In this document: in pieces, positions 26,112 through 35,545 of the stretch | How the letters are laid out: each line of letters begins with the position of its first letter | Position numbering within the stretch: the stretch's first letter is position 1 | Assembly (NCBI GenBank): GCA_964557535.1 | Contig: CAZLAD010000003.1 | Location: forward strand, 25,671-89,670 | DNA length: 64,000 bases | Origin: an uncultured Candidatus Saccharibacteria bacterium | GTDB taxonomy: Bacteria; Patescibacteriota; Minisyncoccia; Phycocordibacterales; CSBR16-119 | Direction: 5' to 3' | The notes under the pieces: generated by a model | The model's database searches: none | The model's input: the letters and a program-made list of their open reading frames with translations, nothing else | Told to the model about the DNA's origin: nothing | Made by a program: the position numbers and the translations under genes

Positions 26112-26237
26112 CGTGGGCTCGCCCCGCGGAGACGGGTCGCGTTTGACGCGACCCGTCAATATGTTTCTCCAAAGTATCGTTTCACGACAACTTTTTAGGC
26201 TACCCCTAGAGGGGATAGAACTGGTATAATCTTTGCC

Positions 26238-26537
26238 ATGGAAGGAAATATGGAAAACAAGAGAACGGGTATTGATCTTGGTAATATCAAGCTGGTCTTG
26301 GAAGGGGAAATTATGAAATGGGAAGAGGGTAGCAATACTAGATTTATTCTTGAACAAATAAGTAGATATTTTAATGAAGCAGTTAATTCAGTTAACGATA
26401 AAGAAAATCTAAGCGTCGCCCTCAAAAAACTAAAAATTTACGAGAGCAATCTCGGAGAAAAATACAGAGACACAGCAGAGGAGAAGCAATATATTGAAAC
26501 TGTAAACCAGGCCATCGAACATTTTTCTAATTTATAA
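26238..26537 (+). CDS. Hypothetical protein
   Basis: 99 aa, no recognizable domain. Followed by the CCGAGGTTCGACCTC hairpin. Confidence 0.35.
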   Translation: MEGNMENKRTGIDLGNIKLVLEGEIMKWEEGSNTRFILEQISRYFNEAVNSVNDKENLSVALKKLKIYESNLGEKYRDTAEEKQYIETVNQAIEHFSNL

Positions 26538-26563
26538 CTACCGAGGTTCGACCTCTGTAAAAA

Positions 26564-27514
26564 TTAATTATTCAGATTTGATTTGGCGGCCAAGAGTCTG
26601 TCTCGCAATTCATAAACCGAAAGAGCCGTCATTATTTTTGTTTCAGGATCATAACTATTTATTTCAAAATGAAGATGCTTGCCATGTCCGGGGCGTGAAG
26701 CTGTCAGACCAGAGTTTCCAACTCTCGCTATTGGTTCTTTTGCTCGTATCAATGTTCCGGGTTTTGGCGTTACTTCTTTGAGATGGGCATATCGATAGAA
26801 TTCTTTTTTCTTTGGGTTGTAAATGATAACGGTGTTTCCTCCGCGCGCCGAACTGGTAGAAAGTATGTCGTCTTTGTCCCAACTATTTTCTGCTAAAACG
26901 ACGACGCCGTCCGTAAAGGATTCTACAACCGAGCCCTCCTCGGTAAATATGTCGATAGCATCTAGGTGGTTTGTATCAAGCCTTGCGCTTATGCCCAAAT
27001 CTTTTAGTGGTGGTACTTCAGTTTGCGTGAATATTTCGTTTTCGTAAAGTTTTTCTAAATACGAGAGATAACCATCACGTAACTGTGGCGTTATAAGTTT
27101 GTGGAGTTTCGCAATTTTTTCTTGCTGAGGAGTTTTGTTTTTTGCCTCTGTCATTTCCTGCATACCTTTGTCTGAGTAATAGAGGGCGTAGATTAGATAC
27201 GGTCTTGAAAAATACTTTTCATAATCACGACTTTCAATCACGGCTAGGTCGTTGTCAATTTCTGTTACAGGTTCTTTGGTTATCGATTCTACAACAGGCA
27301 CAGATTCTGGTTTGTGGGTGTCGGGAGCTTTTTTCTCGGGACTTTCCGCGGGAGACTCAGGTGATTCATTGGAATTTGTGAGACTTTCGGTTATACCTTT
27401 TCCTATAACCATACCAGCTCCGACCAAGCCAAGTTTCTGGAGAAATTCCCTCCGAGAACTAGATTCTGGTCGTGTCAATGACTCGTTTGGTTTTTTGCTG
27501 GGTCTTGATTCCAT
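26564..27514 (-). CDS. M23-family (LytM-like) metallopeptidase with a twin-arginine signal
   Basis: 316 aa. N-terminal 'SRREFLQKLGLVGAGMV' (Tat-like). C-terminal 'GNSGLTASRPGHGKHLHFEI' matches the HxH metal site of M23. Confidence 0.8.
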   Translation of the reverse strand: MESRPSKKPNESLTRPESSSRREFLQKLGLVGAGMVIGKGITESLTNSNESPESPAESPEKKAPDTHKPESVPVVESITKEPVTEIDNDLAVIESRDYEKYFSRPYLIYALYYSDKGMQEMTEAKNKTPQQEKIAKLHKLITPQLRDGYLSYLEKLYENEIFTQTEVPPLKDLGISARLDTNHLDAIDIFTEEGSVVESFTDGVVVLAENSWDKDDILSTSSARGGNTVIIYNPKKKEFYRYAHLKEVTPKPGTLIRAKEPIARVGNSGLTASRPGHGKHLHFEINSYDPETKIMTALSVYELRDRLLAAKSNLNN

Positions 27515-27621
27515 GACACAATATTAACACCTCGAAGATAGCTATCAAATCTGTTTACAAAAAGGGTAAGAACTCTCATAAAACCAAAAGCAAATTTGAA
27601 TACTTTTGTTACAATGTTTTC

Positions 27622-29307
27622 ATGACTCAAGCCGAAGCGCTCAAAATTATGCAAACTGGTGTGAACGTTTACCTATCCGGTTCGGCAGGGAGCGGCAAAA
27701 CGTATTTGCTCAATCAGTACATCAAATGGCTTCGCGATCACAATATAACGGTAGCGGTCACGGCTTCGACTGGCATCGCCGCGACGCACATGGGCGGGAT
27801 GACGATCCATGGATTTTCGGGTGTTGGGATTCGCGAAAGTTTGTCGGATTACGATCTCGACACACTGACACAGAAACCCTATCTCGCGAAACGTTTTGAT
27901 GAAACAAAAGTTTTGATTATCGACGAAGTGTCGATGCTTCACGCAAAAACCTTGGATATGGTGGAACGAGTGGCGCGAGCTTTCAAGAGAAACGACTTGG
28001 CTTTTGGCGGTATGCAGGTAATTCTCTCCGGCGACTTTTTCCAGCTTCCTCCAATTTCCAAAAGTTTTAATCCCCAGTCGGATGACAACCAAGACGTCGA
28101 CGAGGTGAAAAAAGATTTCGTTTTTTATTCTGATGCTTGGGCGCGGATGAAGCCGGCGGTGTGTTATCTATCTGAACAACATCGCCAAGAAGACGATACG
28201 TACACGAGCATCTTGAACAATATTCGCGAAGGCAATGTCTACGATGAAAATTTCGGCATTCTCGAAGAGCGACTTGGTGCCGAACTACCAACTCATGTCC
28301 TGCCGACCAAACTCTACACGCACAATGCCGACGTCGACACCATAAACTTCGTCGAGCTTCAAAAAATTTCCGGGGCGGAAAAAAAGTTCGACATGTATTC
28401 CAAAGGCCGTGCCAATCTTGTCGAGATTTTGAAAAAGTCGTGTCTGGCAAGTCCGGAACTTCGGCTGAAAGTTGGGGCCAAAGTCATGTTTGTGAAAAAT
28501 AATTCTGAGAAAGGTTATGTAAATGGTACACAGGGCGAAGTGATTGGGTTTGCCGACAACGGCGATCCGATTGTCGAAACTTTAGACGGTAGAAAAATCG
28601 AAGTCAGTCATGAGTCGTGGCGAATTGATGAAGAGGGAAAAGTAAAAGCCGAAATCACGCAGTATCCGCTTCGGCTCGCCTGGGCGATCACCATACACAA
28701 AAGCCAAGGCATGAGTCTCGATTACGCCGAGATTGATCTGTCGAAAACTTTTACTTATGGCATGGGTTACGTGGCGTTGTCGCGACTTCGAAAATTAGAT
28801 GGACTACGACTCGTCGGATTCAACGCCGAAGCGTTGTCGATGGATCCACGAATTCTTGATTTTGATGAAAGTTTGCAAATCGAGTCCGATGAAAACGCTG
28901 AAATGTTTGGCAAACTTTCTGATGAAGAACACAAGAAATTGGTGAATGCTTTCATCGAGCGATCGGGTGGCACGATTGAAAAAGTTATTTTGCCTAAAAA
29001 AGAAAAACTTTCAACTTTGGAAATTACCAGGAGACTGATCGAACAGAAAAAGTCGATTGAGGAAATTATGGAAGAACGCGGACTCGTCTTCTCGACGATT
29101 GTGAATCACTTGGAACAAATTGCCGAGGAATTTCCCGAAACCGACATTGAGTATTTGCGTCCGGGAGAGAAAATGATCAAGCTGATAGGGAAGCACGTGC
29201 CGAAAAGCGATGGCCGGTTGTCATATATAAAGAGCATGCTTAAAAGAGAGGGTAACGACATGAGTTTCGAGGATATTCGCCTAGCTCGGGTTTTTGTCGA
29301 TAAATAG
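27622..29307 (+). CDS. Pif1/RecD-like superfamily 1 DNA helicase
   Basis: 561 aa. Walker A 'GSAGSGKTYLL', 'IIDEVSML' (motif II), 'GDFFQLPPI'. C-terminal HTH-like tail. Confidence 0.75.
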   Translation: MTQAEALKIMQTGVNVYLSGSAGSGKTYLLNQYIKWLRDHNITVAVTASTGIAATHMGGMTIHGFSGVGIRESLSDYDLDTLTQKPYLAKRFDETKVLIIDEVSMLHAKTLDMVERVARAFKRNDLAFGGMQVILSGDFFQLPPISKSFNPQSDDNQDVDEVKKDFVFYSDAWARMKPAVCYLSEQHRQEDDTYTSILNNIREGNVYDENFGILEERLGAELPTHVLPTKLYTHNADVDTINFVELQKISGAEKKFDMYSKGRANLVEILKKSCLASPELRLKVGAKVMFVKNNSEKGYVNGTQGEVIGFADNGDPIVETLDGRKIEVSHESWRIDEEGKVKAEITQYPLRLAWAITIHKSQGMSLDYAEIDLSKTFTYGMGYVALSRLRKLDGLRLVGFNAEALSMDPRILDFDESLQIESDENAEMFGKLSDEEHKKLVNAFIERSGGTIEKVILPKKEKLSTLEITRRLIEQKKSIEEIMEERGLVFSTIVNHLEQIAEEFPETDIEYLRPGEKMIKLIGKHVPKSDGRLSYIKSMLKREGNDMSFEDIRLARVFVDK

Positions 29308-29320
29308 GAGAAAGGGGGTT

Positions 29321-29391
29321 CACCCCCACACCAATATTTTGATAGCTCCGAAGGAGCGCGCTTTGCGCAATCAAAATATTGGTGTGGGGGT
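29321..29391 (+). terminator. Very stable three-way hairpin: a 22-bp perfect inverted repeat (CACCCCCACACCAATATTTTGAT / ATCAAAATATTGGTGTGGGGGT) enclosing two small hairpins. Either the helicase terminator or a csp 5'-UTR element.
   Basis: Read directly from the sequence. Confidence 0.5.
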
Positions 29392-29471
29392 TTACTTTCC
29401 AGCTGGATGTGCTACTATAATCCCATTAGAAATTGAGGTCGGGGTTTCTGCAAAAAATATATATCAAACAA

Positions 29472-29669
29472 ATGACTGGAACAATTAAAACTCTTACAGA
29501 CAAAGGTTTTGGATTCATTGCTCGCGAAGGCGAAGCAAAGGATTTGTTTTTTCATTCAAAGGACTTACAAGGAGTAATATACGAAGATCTTCGCGTTGGA
29601 GATGTTCTTAACTTCGATGTCGTTGAAACTGAAAAAGGCCTAAGTGCTAAGAACGTTACACGAGCATAA
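29472..29669 (+). CDS. cspA: Cold-shock protein (CspA family)
   Basis: 65 aa. 'MTGTIKTLTDKGFGFIAREGEAKDLFFHSKDL' carries the RNP1/RNP2 motifs. The terminator AAAGGCCCCGCGTTTGACGCGGGGCCTTTctgttt follows. Confidence 0.85.
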   Translation: MTGTIKTLTDKGFGFIAREGEAKDLFFHSKDLQGVIYEDLRVGDVLNFDVVETEKGLSAKNVTRA

Positions 29670-29726
29670 TTGCTTATGTCAGAAAGGCCCCGCGTTTGAC
29701 GCGGGGCCTTTCTGTTTGGCTCGGAT

Positions 29727-30467
29727 TTATTCGAGAGCAACAAGGGCGAGCATAGCCAGGATGCCAACAACGACGGCGATGATTTGATACAAAGAATGTT
29801 TGGCGCGCGTTGTCTTATGGAGTTCTGGAATGAGATCCGAAAGCGCAATGTAGATGAATCCGCCGGCAGCAACAGGGAGGACAAACATCTCAAAAGATTC
29901 TGTTGCGCCACCGATGAGTACAGCAATCACGACTCCGATTATGGCCATTAAAGCCGAGAGGAAATTGAGCCACAGCGCACGCTTTTTGGTATAGCCCGCG
30001 TGAAGCAAGACAGCGAAATCACCGATCTCTTGGGGAATTTCATGGAGGATGACGGCGACAGTTGTGGCGATTCCGACTTCGATTCCGGCAAAATAACTTG
30101 CGCCGATGATGAGGCCGTCGATTAGATTGTGAACTCCGTCAGAGATGAGTACGAGTTTGCCGACAGGGTGGACATGATGATGTTCTTGATCTTGGCCGTG
30201 ATGATGCCAGTGGAGGAATTTCTCGATGATGAAGAAGATAATAATACCGATAATGATAAGTAGGGAAATAAGCGTCGGTGAAGCGCCACTCTCGAATGTT
30301 TCGGGAATAATATGAATGAACGCATCGCCGAGCAAGGCACCGACGGCGAGAGATACAAGCATGAAAGTATATTTTCGAATACGTTCCTCTTTGAGCGATA
30401 GAGTAAATACTCCGACCAGAGACACGAGACTTACCACGATGACGCTTGCGAATGCATAAATAGCCAT
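29727..30467 (-). CDS. zupT: ZIP-family divalent metal transporter (ZupT-like)
   Basis: 246 aa, multi-TM, with a His-rich loop 'HWHHHGQDQEHHHVHP'. Confidence 0.85.
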   Translation of the reverse strand: MAIYAFASVIVVSLVSLVGVFTLSLKEERIRKYTFMLVSLAVGALLGDAFIHIIPETFESGASPTLISLLIIIGIIIFFIIEKFLHWHHHGQDQEHHHVHPVGKLVLISDGVHNLIDGLIIGASYFAGIEVGIATTVAVILHEIPQEIGDFAVLLHAGYTKKRALWLNFLSALMAIIGVVIAVLIGGATESFEMFVLPVAAGGFIYIALSDLIPELHKTTRAKHSLYQIIAVVVGILAMLALVALE

Positions 30468-30514
30468 ATAAAAAAGTTAATTTTAATATTTATACGTTAG
30501 CATGTGGGGCGGGG

Positions 30515-30535
30515 TAATGCAAGTCACTTGCATTA
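30515..30535. promoter_or_regulatory. Perfect 10-1-10 palindrome TAATGCAAGT-c-ACTTGCATTA in the divergent zupT/zur intergenic region; candidate Zur operator
   Basis: Read directly from the sequence. Overlaps the presumptive promoters of both genes (TATACT at 30552-30557, just before the zur ATG). Confidence 0.55.
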
Positions 30536-30562
30536 TAAACCCTTTCTGTTATTATACTTTTT

Positions 30563-30892
30563 ATGAAAACGAGTCAGTACAAAAAGGAAATTCTCGAAAT
30601 CTTGAATAAAAAACATCTTTTGAGTATCTCCGAAATACACAAGCTTTTAGGCACCGCTGACTACTCGACGGTCTTTCGCAACATCGAGCAACTTTTGGTT
30701 GAGAAGAAGATCAAGAAAGTCATGATTGATAACAAATCCACCGCCTATGAATCTGTCGATGAAAAACACGATCATTTTATTTGTAATGATTGTGGCAAGG
30801 TCGAAGAGATTCATCTTTCGCATGGGTCTATCAAAGGTTACAAGGTCGAAGACATCACCGTGCGTGGCAGTTGCGATAAATGTATTGAATAA
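30563..30892 (+). CDS. zur: Fur-family metalloregulator, most likely Zur
   Basis: 109 aa. 'HDHFICNDCG...CDKC' metal sites. Divergent from a ZIP transporter. Confidence 0.8.
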   Translation: MKTSQYKKEILEILNKKHLLSISEIHKLLGTADYSTVFRNIEQLLVEKKIKKVMIDNKSTAYESVDEKHDHFICNDCGKVEEIHLSHGSIKGYKVEDITVRGSCDKCIE

Positions 30893-30893
30893 C

Positions 30894-31571
30894 ATGAAAA
30901 TAGCTTTTTTAGGAAAAGGCGGATCTGGCAAGTCGACAATGGCAACAGCTTTTGTTAGAGAATTTCGTAAGCGCGGCATGAAAGTGCTTGCGATTGACGC
31001 TGATCACAACATGGATCTTTCATATAATCTCGGCGCGGAACCCTCTGTGTTTCTGGGCAGTGATCCAGAAAGAATAAAAGAATACTTAGGATTTGATCGC
31101 TCCGATAAATATTTAGATGTGCTGAAACAAGCCAAACAAACAGGAAAAGAATTTGTGGTGTTTTCTCCCGATAAATATACCGAAGAAGTAACGGTAAAAA
31201 TTGACGAAGGTTTGAGACTGCTCACTGCCGGTCCTCACACAGAGAGGGTTCGAGCCCAAGAAGCTTGCAGTCATTCGCTTGCTGCGCCACTCAAAGTGTA
31301 TGTGCCGCTACTTCGACTCAAAGAAAACGAAGCCGTTGTGATAGACGAGCGGGCAGGCACGGACCCTGTTGCTACTGGCATACTAAATGGCGTTGATTTG
31401 GCTGTAATTGTACGTGAACCGACCATAAACAGTAGTCGTGTCGCTGAACAAATTAAACAAGAACTTGTTTTGGCAAACATTCCGCATTTGGTTGTCGACA
31501 ACAAAGCGAATGGGGTCGAGAAAGACACCCTGGTTGCAGTAGAAAAAGTTTTGGGTATCCTGGCTCCTTGA
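30894..31571 (+). CDS. MinD/ParA/CooC-family P-loop ATPase, a possible metallochaperone
   Basis: Start taken at 'MKIAFLGKGGSGKSTMATAFV' (deviant Walker A), 2 nt after the zur stop. The N-terminal extension in the ORF track is rejected. A 'EACSHSL' Cys/His motif sits where CooC has CxC. Confidence 0.6.
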   Translation: MKIAFLGKGGSGKSTMATAFVREFRKRGMKVLAIDADHNMDLSYNLGAEPSVFLGSDPERIKEYLGFDRSDKYLDVLKQAKQTGKEFVVFSPDKYTEEVTVKIDEGLRLLTAGPHTERVRAQEACSHSLAAPLKVYVPLLRLKENEAVVIDERAGTDPVATGILNGVDLAVIVREPTINSSRVAEQIKQELVLANIPHLVVDNKANGVEKDTLVAVEKVLGILAP

Positions 31572-31658
31572 TGTTATCAACGGTCAGTTTTTCTTGTCAA
31601 AGTAAAATTGACCGTTGGCTGCATTGTGCGTCAACATAACTAAAACAGTTCTTTCAAC

Positions 31659-32066
31659 ATGAAGTGCGAAGATGCTAGAAAAGTCTGGTCTCACAAAGGT
31701 GGGCCCATAGAAGGTGTCAAAGAAGCGTTTCCACTTGCGTGGGAGCGTCTGGATGGTCTAGCCAAAGCATTCTCTTTGGATGGCCAGTGCCCCTTCAACG
31801 AATCTTTACAGGGGTTATTGTCAGGATCTGTGCATACGAAGTTCTACGCCGATCATGCCGATGACAAAGACCCTGTTGCTGAAGAAGTGCATGGCATCGT
31901 GGGTGACGCGGCGATGTCGCGAGAGCTGTCCCGCCATTTCACGGCCGTGTACGGACAACCGATGACGTTCGGCAACGTGTGTTGCAGCTCTTGCCTGGTC
32001 TCACATCCTTCAATCGAAGATGAAGAGGTCAGGCGCATCCAGATCGCAGCTATCCGCATCGGATGA
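31659..32066 (+). CDS. Hypothetical Cys-rich protein, GC-rich
   Basis: 135 aa, no recognizable domain, G/C-ending codons. The terminator CGAAAGCCAGCTgagaAGCTGGCTTTCC follows. Confidence 0.4.
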   Translation: MKCEDARKVWSHKGGPIEGVKEAFPLAWERLDGLAKAFSLDGQCPFNESLQGLLSGSVHTKFYADHADDKDPVAEEVHGIVGDAAMSRELSRHFTAVYGQPMTFGNVCCSSCLVSHPSIEDEEVRRIQIAAIRIG

Positions 32067-32156
32067 GCATTACGAGTAACAACGAAAGCCAGCTGAGAAG
32101 CTGGCTTTCCCTTATAATCTTTACTTAATTTTAGGAAATGTATAATAGCAAGTAAT

Positions 32157-33251
32157 ATGAAAAAAGTTTTTATTTTGGCGCTGGTTTTCTTTGGTTTTAC
32201 AGGAACGTTGTTTGCTTCGGAAAGAACGATATTGAAAGCCGAGGTTTTGGAGATTTTAGAGACCGGAGAACAAGTTTTGGTGGATGACATCACGACTTTC
32301 ACCCAAAGAGTTTCGCTTGAAATAAAAAGTGGCCCGCGCACTGGAGATGTGATTGAAATATCAAACGATTACACACCACTCCAAGCCGGGGACAAAGTTT
32401 ATCTATCTGAAGTTTTTGATGGTGAGGAATATTTTTATAATTTGTTCGAAATAGATAGAACTCCGGTAATTTTGATATTGTTGGTTGTTTTTATTGTTCT
32501 CGTTTTTGTTTTTGGCGGATGGCAGGGACTGCGAGGGCTTTTGAGTTTGGCGGGAAGTCTCTTGCTTATCGCTTTCGTTTTGCTTCCTGGAATTCTCAAG
32601 GGCTATTCGCCGGTTATGGTTAGTATTTGCGTGTCAGCGGTTATTATTGTTTTTGGTTCGTATGTCACGCACGGATTTAATCGCACGACGTCGTCGGCAG
32701 TTCTTGGGATGTTGATTACTGTCCTCGTCTCCGGCCTCATTGCTCATTTTGCCGTAGACGCCACCAGGCTTAGCGGGCTCGCCGACGAAGAATCTTTGTA
32801 TTTGAGTTTCAATCTCGGTCAAAATGTCGATGTGTTGGGTATTTTATTTAGCGGAATAATCATCGGACTTCTTGGTGTTCTATATGACACGGCCATTAGT
32901 CAGGCGATTGCCGTCGAGGAGTTGGTGCGGATTTCTCCAGAATCTTCAAAAACTCATATTTACAAGCGTGCGCTTCGCATTGGTCGGGAACATATTGGCG
33001 CTTTGGTCGACACTTTGGCAATTGCTTATATCGGTGCCTCGCTTCCACTGTTTCTTCTTTTTTACTCCGACCAATCGGTTGCGCATTCAATTAGCATCAA
33101 TAATGAAATTTTCATCGCGGAAATTATCCGTACGCTTGTGGGTAGTATCGGCATCGTGCTTGCCGTGCCGATTACAACCTTCCTCTCGGTACAAATGCTT
33201 TATGGCCGGAAATTCAAAGGCGAAGGCCACGGCCACGCGCATTTTCACTAA
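32157..33251 (+). CDS. YibE/F-like integral membrane protein (signal peptide, extracytoplasmic N-domain, then a multi-TM region)
   Basis: 364 aa. The architecture matches the YibE/F family; the assignment rests on topology and pattern only. Confidence 0.5.
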   Translation: MKKVFILALVFFGFTGTLFASERTILKAEVLEILETGEQVLVDDITTFTQRVSLEIKSGPRTGDVIEISNDYTPLQAGDKVYLSEVFDGEEYFYNLFEIDRTPVILILLVVFIVLVFVFGGWQGLRGLLSLAGSLLLIAFVLLPGILKGYSPVMVSICVSAVIIVFGSYVTHGFNRTTSSAVLGMLITVLVSGLIAHFAVDATRLSGLADEESLYLSFNLGQNVDVLGILFSGIIIGLLGVLYDTAISQAIAVEELVRISPESSKTHIYKRALRIGREHIGALVDTLAIAYIGASLPLFLLFYSDQSVAHSISINNEIFIAEIIRTLVGSIGIVLAVPITTFLSVQMLYGRKFKGEGHGHAHFH

Positions 33252-33278
33252 TAAGCCCTCAGGTAGTAGAATGGGGCC

Positions 33279-33746
33279 ATGATAAAAGTTGGATCAAAAG
33301 CAAAAGCTTTTGCGTTGCCGGACCAAAACGGCAAGATGCATGCACTCAAAGATTATTTAGGTTCCTGGGTATTGCTTTATTTTTATCCCAAAGACGACAC
33401 GCCTGGTTGTACCAAAGAAGCCTGTAGTATTCGCGACGACTTTCATAATTTCAAGAAATTAAAGTGTAAAGTCTTGGCAGTCTCCGCTGACACGGTTAAA
33501 AGCCATAAAAAGTTTGAAGAAAAATATGATTTGCCATTTCCAATACTCGCCGACACAGAGAAAGAAGTCTTGAAGAAATACGAAGCACTTGGTGAAAAAT
33601 CCATGTACGGCAAAAAATACATTGGAATTCTTCGCACGTCGTATCTCATCGATCCAGTCGGGAAAATTAAAAAGATTTATAAAAACGTGAAACCAGAAAC
33701 TCATGCAAATGAAGTCCTGGAGGATTTAAAAAGTTTTAGGAAATAA
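33279..33746 (+). CDS. bcp: Peroxiredoxin (Bcp/PrxQ, AhpC-TSA family)
   Basis: 155 aa. 'WVLLYFYPKDDTPGCTKEA' is the peroxidatic Cys motif. Confidence 0.85.
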   Translation: MIKVGSKAKAFALPDQNGKMHALKDYLGSWVLLYFYPKDDTPGCTKEACSIRDDFHNFKKLKCKVLAVSADTVKSHKKFEEKYDLPFPILADTEKEVLKKYEALGEKSMYGKKYIGILRTSYLIDPVGKIKKIYKNVKPETHANEVLEDLKSFRK

Positions 33747-33747
33747 A

Positions 33748-35526
33748 ATGGAAAAAGAAAAGAAAGAAAAATCGAAAGTGAAATTTTTTACGGTGCTGAA
33801 ATATTTTTGGCCGGCAATGAAAAGATATAAATTATCTATATTTTTAGTCTTTTTAGGAAGTACTGTCGCTGTTTTACTAGGCATTGTTTATCAGCCAGTC
33901 ATCTACAAAAATATTATTGACGCAATTTCATCTGCTCCGGTTAGAGGATTTAATTCAGAAATAATACACTGGTTCGTTATTTTAATTTTAACTTCCATTG
34001 GTAATTTGGTTGCTTGGAGGATTTCTGATTTCGCTTCGGTTTATACCAAAACGAAAGTCACAAAGTTTCTTGCCGACGATGCTTTATTGCGCACAATCAA
34101 GCACTCGAGAACATTTTTTACGAATAATTTCGCTGGAGCTATTGTGGCGAAACACGCGAGATTTACAGGTGCGCTCACGACAATGTTTGAACTAATGGTC
34201 TTTAGTTTCTGGCTGACTATTGTCTCGCTCGTTGGTATTTTGATTGTTTTGTTTAATCAAAATGTAATCTTGGGATTTGTTTTTCTAGCATGGACAATTC
34301 TTTATACAATCCTTTCTGTGTTTTTTGCTAAATATAAGATTCCCTTTGACGAAAGACGAGCCGCAGCAAATTCGAGAACAACAGGATTGTTGTCTGATGT
34401 TTTAGTAAATATTTTGAACATAAAAATTTTTTCTGCTTCAAAAACAGAAACGACAAATTATTTTACAAAAACCGACGAAGAAGAAATTCTTAGAAGGAGG
34501 GCTGGAAATGTGGCCACATTCCAAAAGATAATCCAGCACGGCATGCTGATCTTGCTTGAGGTCGTGGGAATCTATGTAGTATTGAGTCTGTGGGTAAAAG
34601 GGTTGGTGGATGTTGGTTTCGTGGTTTTGGTCCAGGTTTATATTGCTCAACTTGATATGGTTATATGGAGTTTGGGAAATTCAATTATTTCAATGCAGTC
34701 ATCAATCTCGGACACCAAAGAAATGGTAGAAATTTTCGAAACGCCGATTGATATCAAAGATCCAGAAAAGCCAGAGAAATGCAAAATCAAAGACGGAAAT
34801 ATTTTATTCGACAATGTGAGTTTCGAATACAAAGACGGCAAAGATGTTTTCAAGAAATTTAAATTAGAAATTCCGGCCGGACAAAAAGTTGGTTTCGTTG
34901 GACATTCCGGTTCGGGGAAGACGACGATTACAAACCTTCTTCTGCGTTTCGAAGACGTTCAGTCTGGTGCGATAAAAATTGATGGTCAAGACATCAGAAA
35001 TATTACGCAGGACGATTTGCGACGAAATATTTCTTATGTGCCACAAGAACCAGCACTATTTCACAGAACCCTCGAAGAAAACATCATGTATGGCGACCCA
35101 AAGGCTTCGAAACTCGCCATGCTTGAAGCTTCGAAGAAAGCTCATGCCGATGAATTTATCCAAGAGTTTAAAGATGGTTACGAGACTCTTGTTGGTGAAC
35201 GCGGAGTGAAACTTTCTGGTGGACAGCGCCAACGCGTGGCGATTGCTCGTGTCATGCTCAAAGACGCACCGATACTTATCCTCGATGAGGCAACCTCAAG
35301 TCTCGACTCTATTAGCGAAAACTTGATCCAGAAAGCTTTTGACGAAGTCATGAAGGGACGTACAACTCTCGTCATCGCCCACCGACTTTCAACTGTACAG
35401 AAAATGGATCGCATCGTCGTTCTCGACAAAGGTAAAATCGTCGAAGACGGTACTCATACAGAACTTTTGGCTAAAGAGGGTTACTATTTCAAACTCTGGC
35501 AAGCCCAGAAAGACGGCGTGATATAA
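33748..35526 (+). CDS. ABC transporter, fused permease and ATPase exporter (MsbA/ABCB-type)
   Basis: 592 aa. Six-TM N-domain, Walker A 'GHSGSGKTT', signature 'LSGGQRQRVAIAR', Walker B 'ILILDEATS'. Confidence 0.9.
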   Translation: MEKEKKEKSKVKFFTVLKYFWPAMKRYKLSIFLVFLGSTVAVLLGIVYQPVIYKNIIDAISSAPVRGFNSEIIHWFVILILTSIGNLVAWRISDFASVYTKTKVTKFLADDALLRTIKHSRTFFTNNFAGAIVAKHARFTGALTTMFELMVFSFWLTIVSLVGILIVLFNQNVILGFVFLAWTILYTILSVFFAKYKIPFDERRAAANSRTTGLLSDVLVNILNIKIFSASKTETTNYFTKTDEEEILRRRAGNVATFQKIIQHGMLILLEVVGIYVVLSLWVKGLVDVGFVVLVQVYIAQLDMVIWSLGNSIISMQSSISDTKEMVEIFETPIDIKDPEKPEKCKIKDGNILFDNVSFEYKDGKDVFKKFKLEIPAGQKVGFVGHSGSGKTTITNLLLRFEDVQSGAIKIDGQDIRNITQDDLRRNISYVPQEPALFHRTLEENIMYGDPKASKLAMLEASKKAHADEFIQEFKDGYETLVGERGVKLSGGQRQRVAIARVMLKDAPILILDEATSSLDSISENLIQKAFDEVMKGRTTLVIAHRLSTVQKMDRIVVLDKGKIVEDGTHTELLAKEGYYFKLWQAQKDGVI

Positions 35527-35545
35527 GTTTTGGTATAATGAATTT

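Noticed and set aside
30726-30893. N-terminal 56-aa extension of the CooC-like ATPase ORF (ORF-track start 30726), overlapping zur
   Set aside because: The extension overlaps the Fur-family gene in another frame. The P-loop protein has a canonical N-terminus 'MKIAFLGKGGSGKS' starting at 30894, 2 nt after the zur stop.
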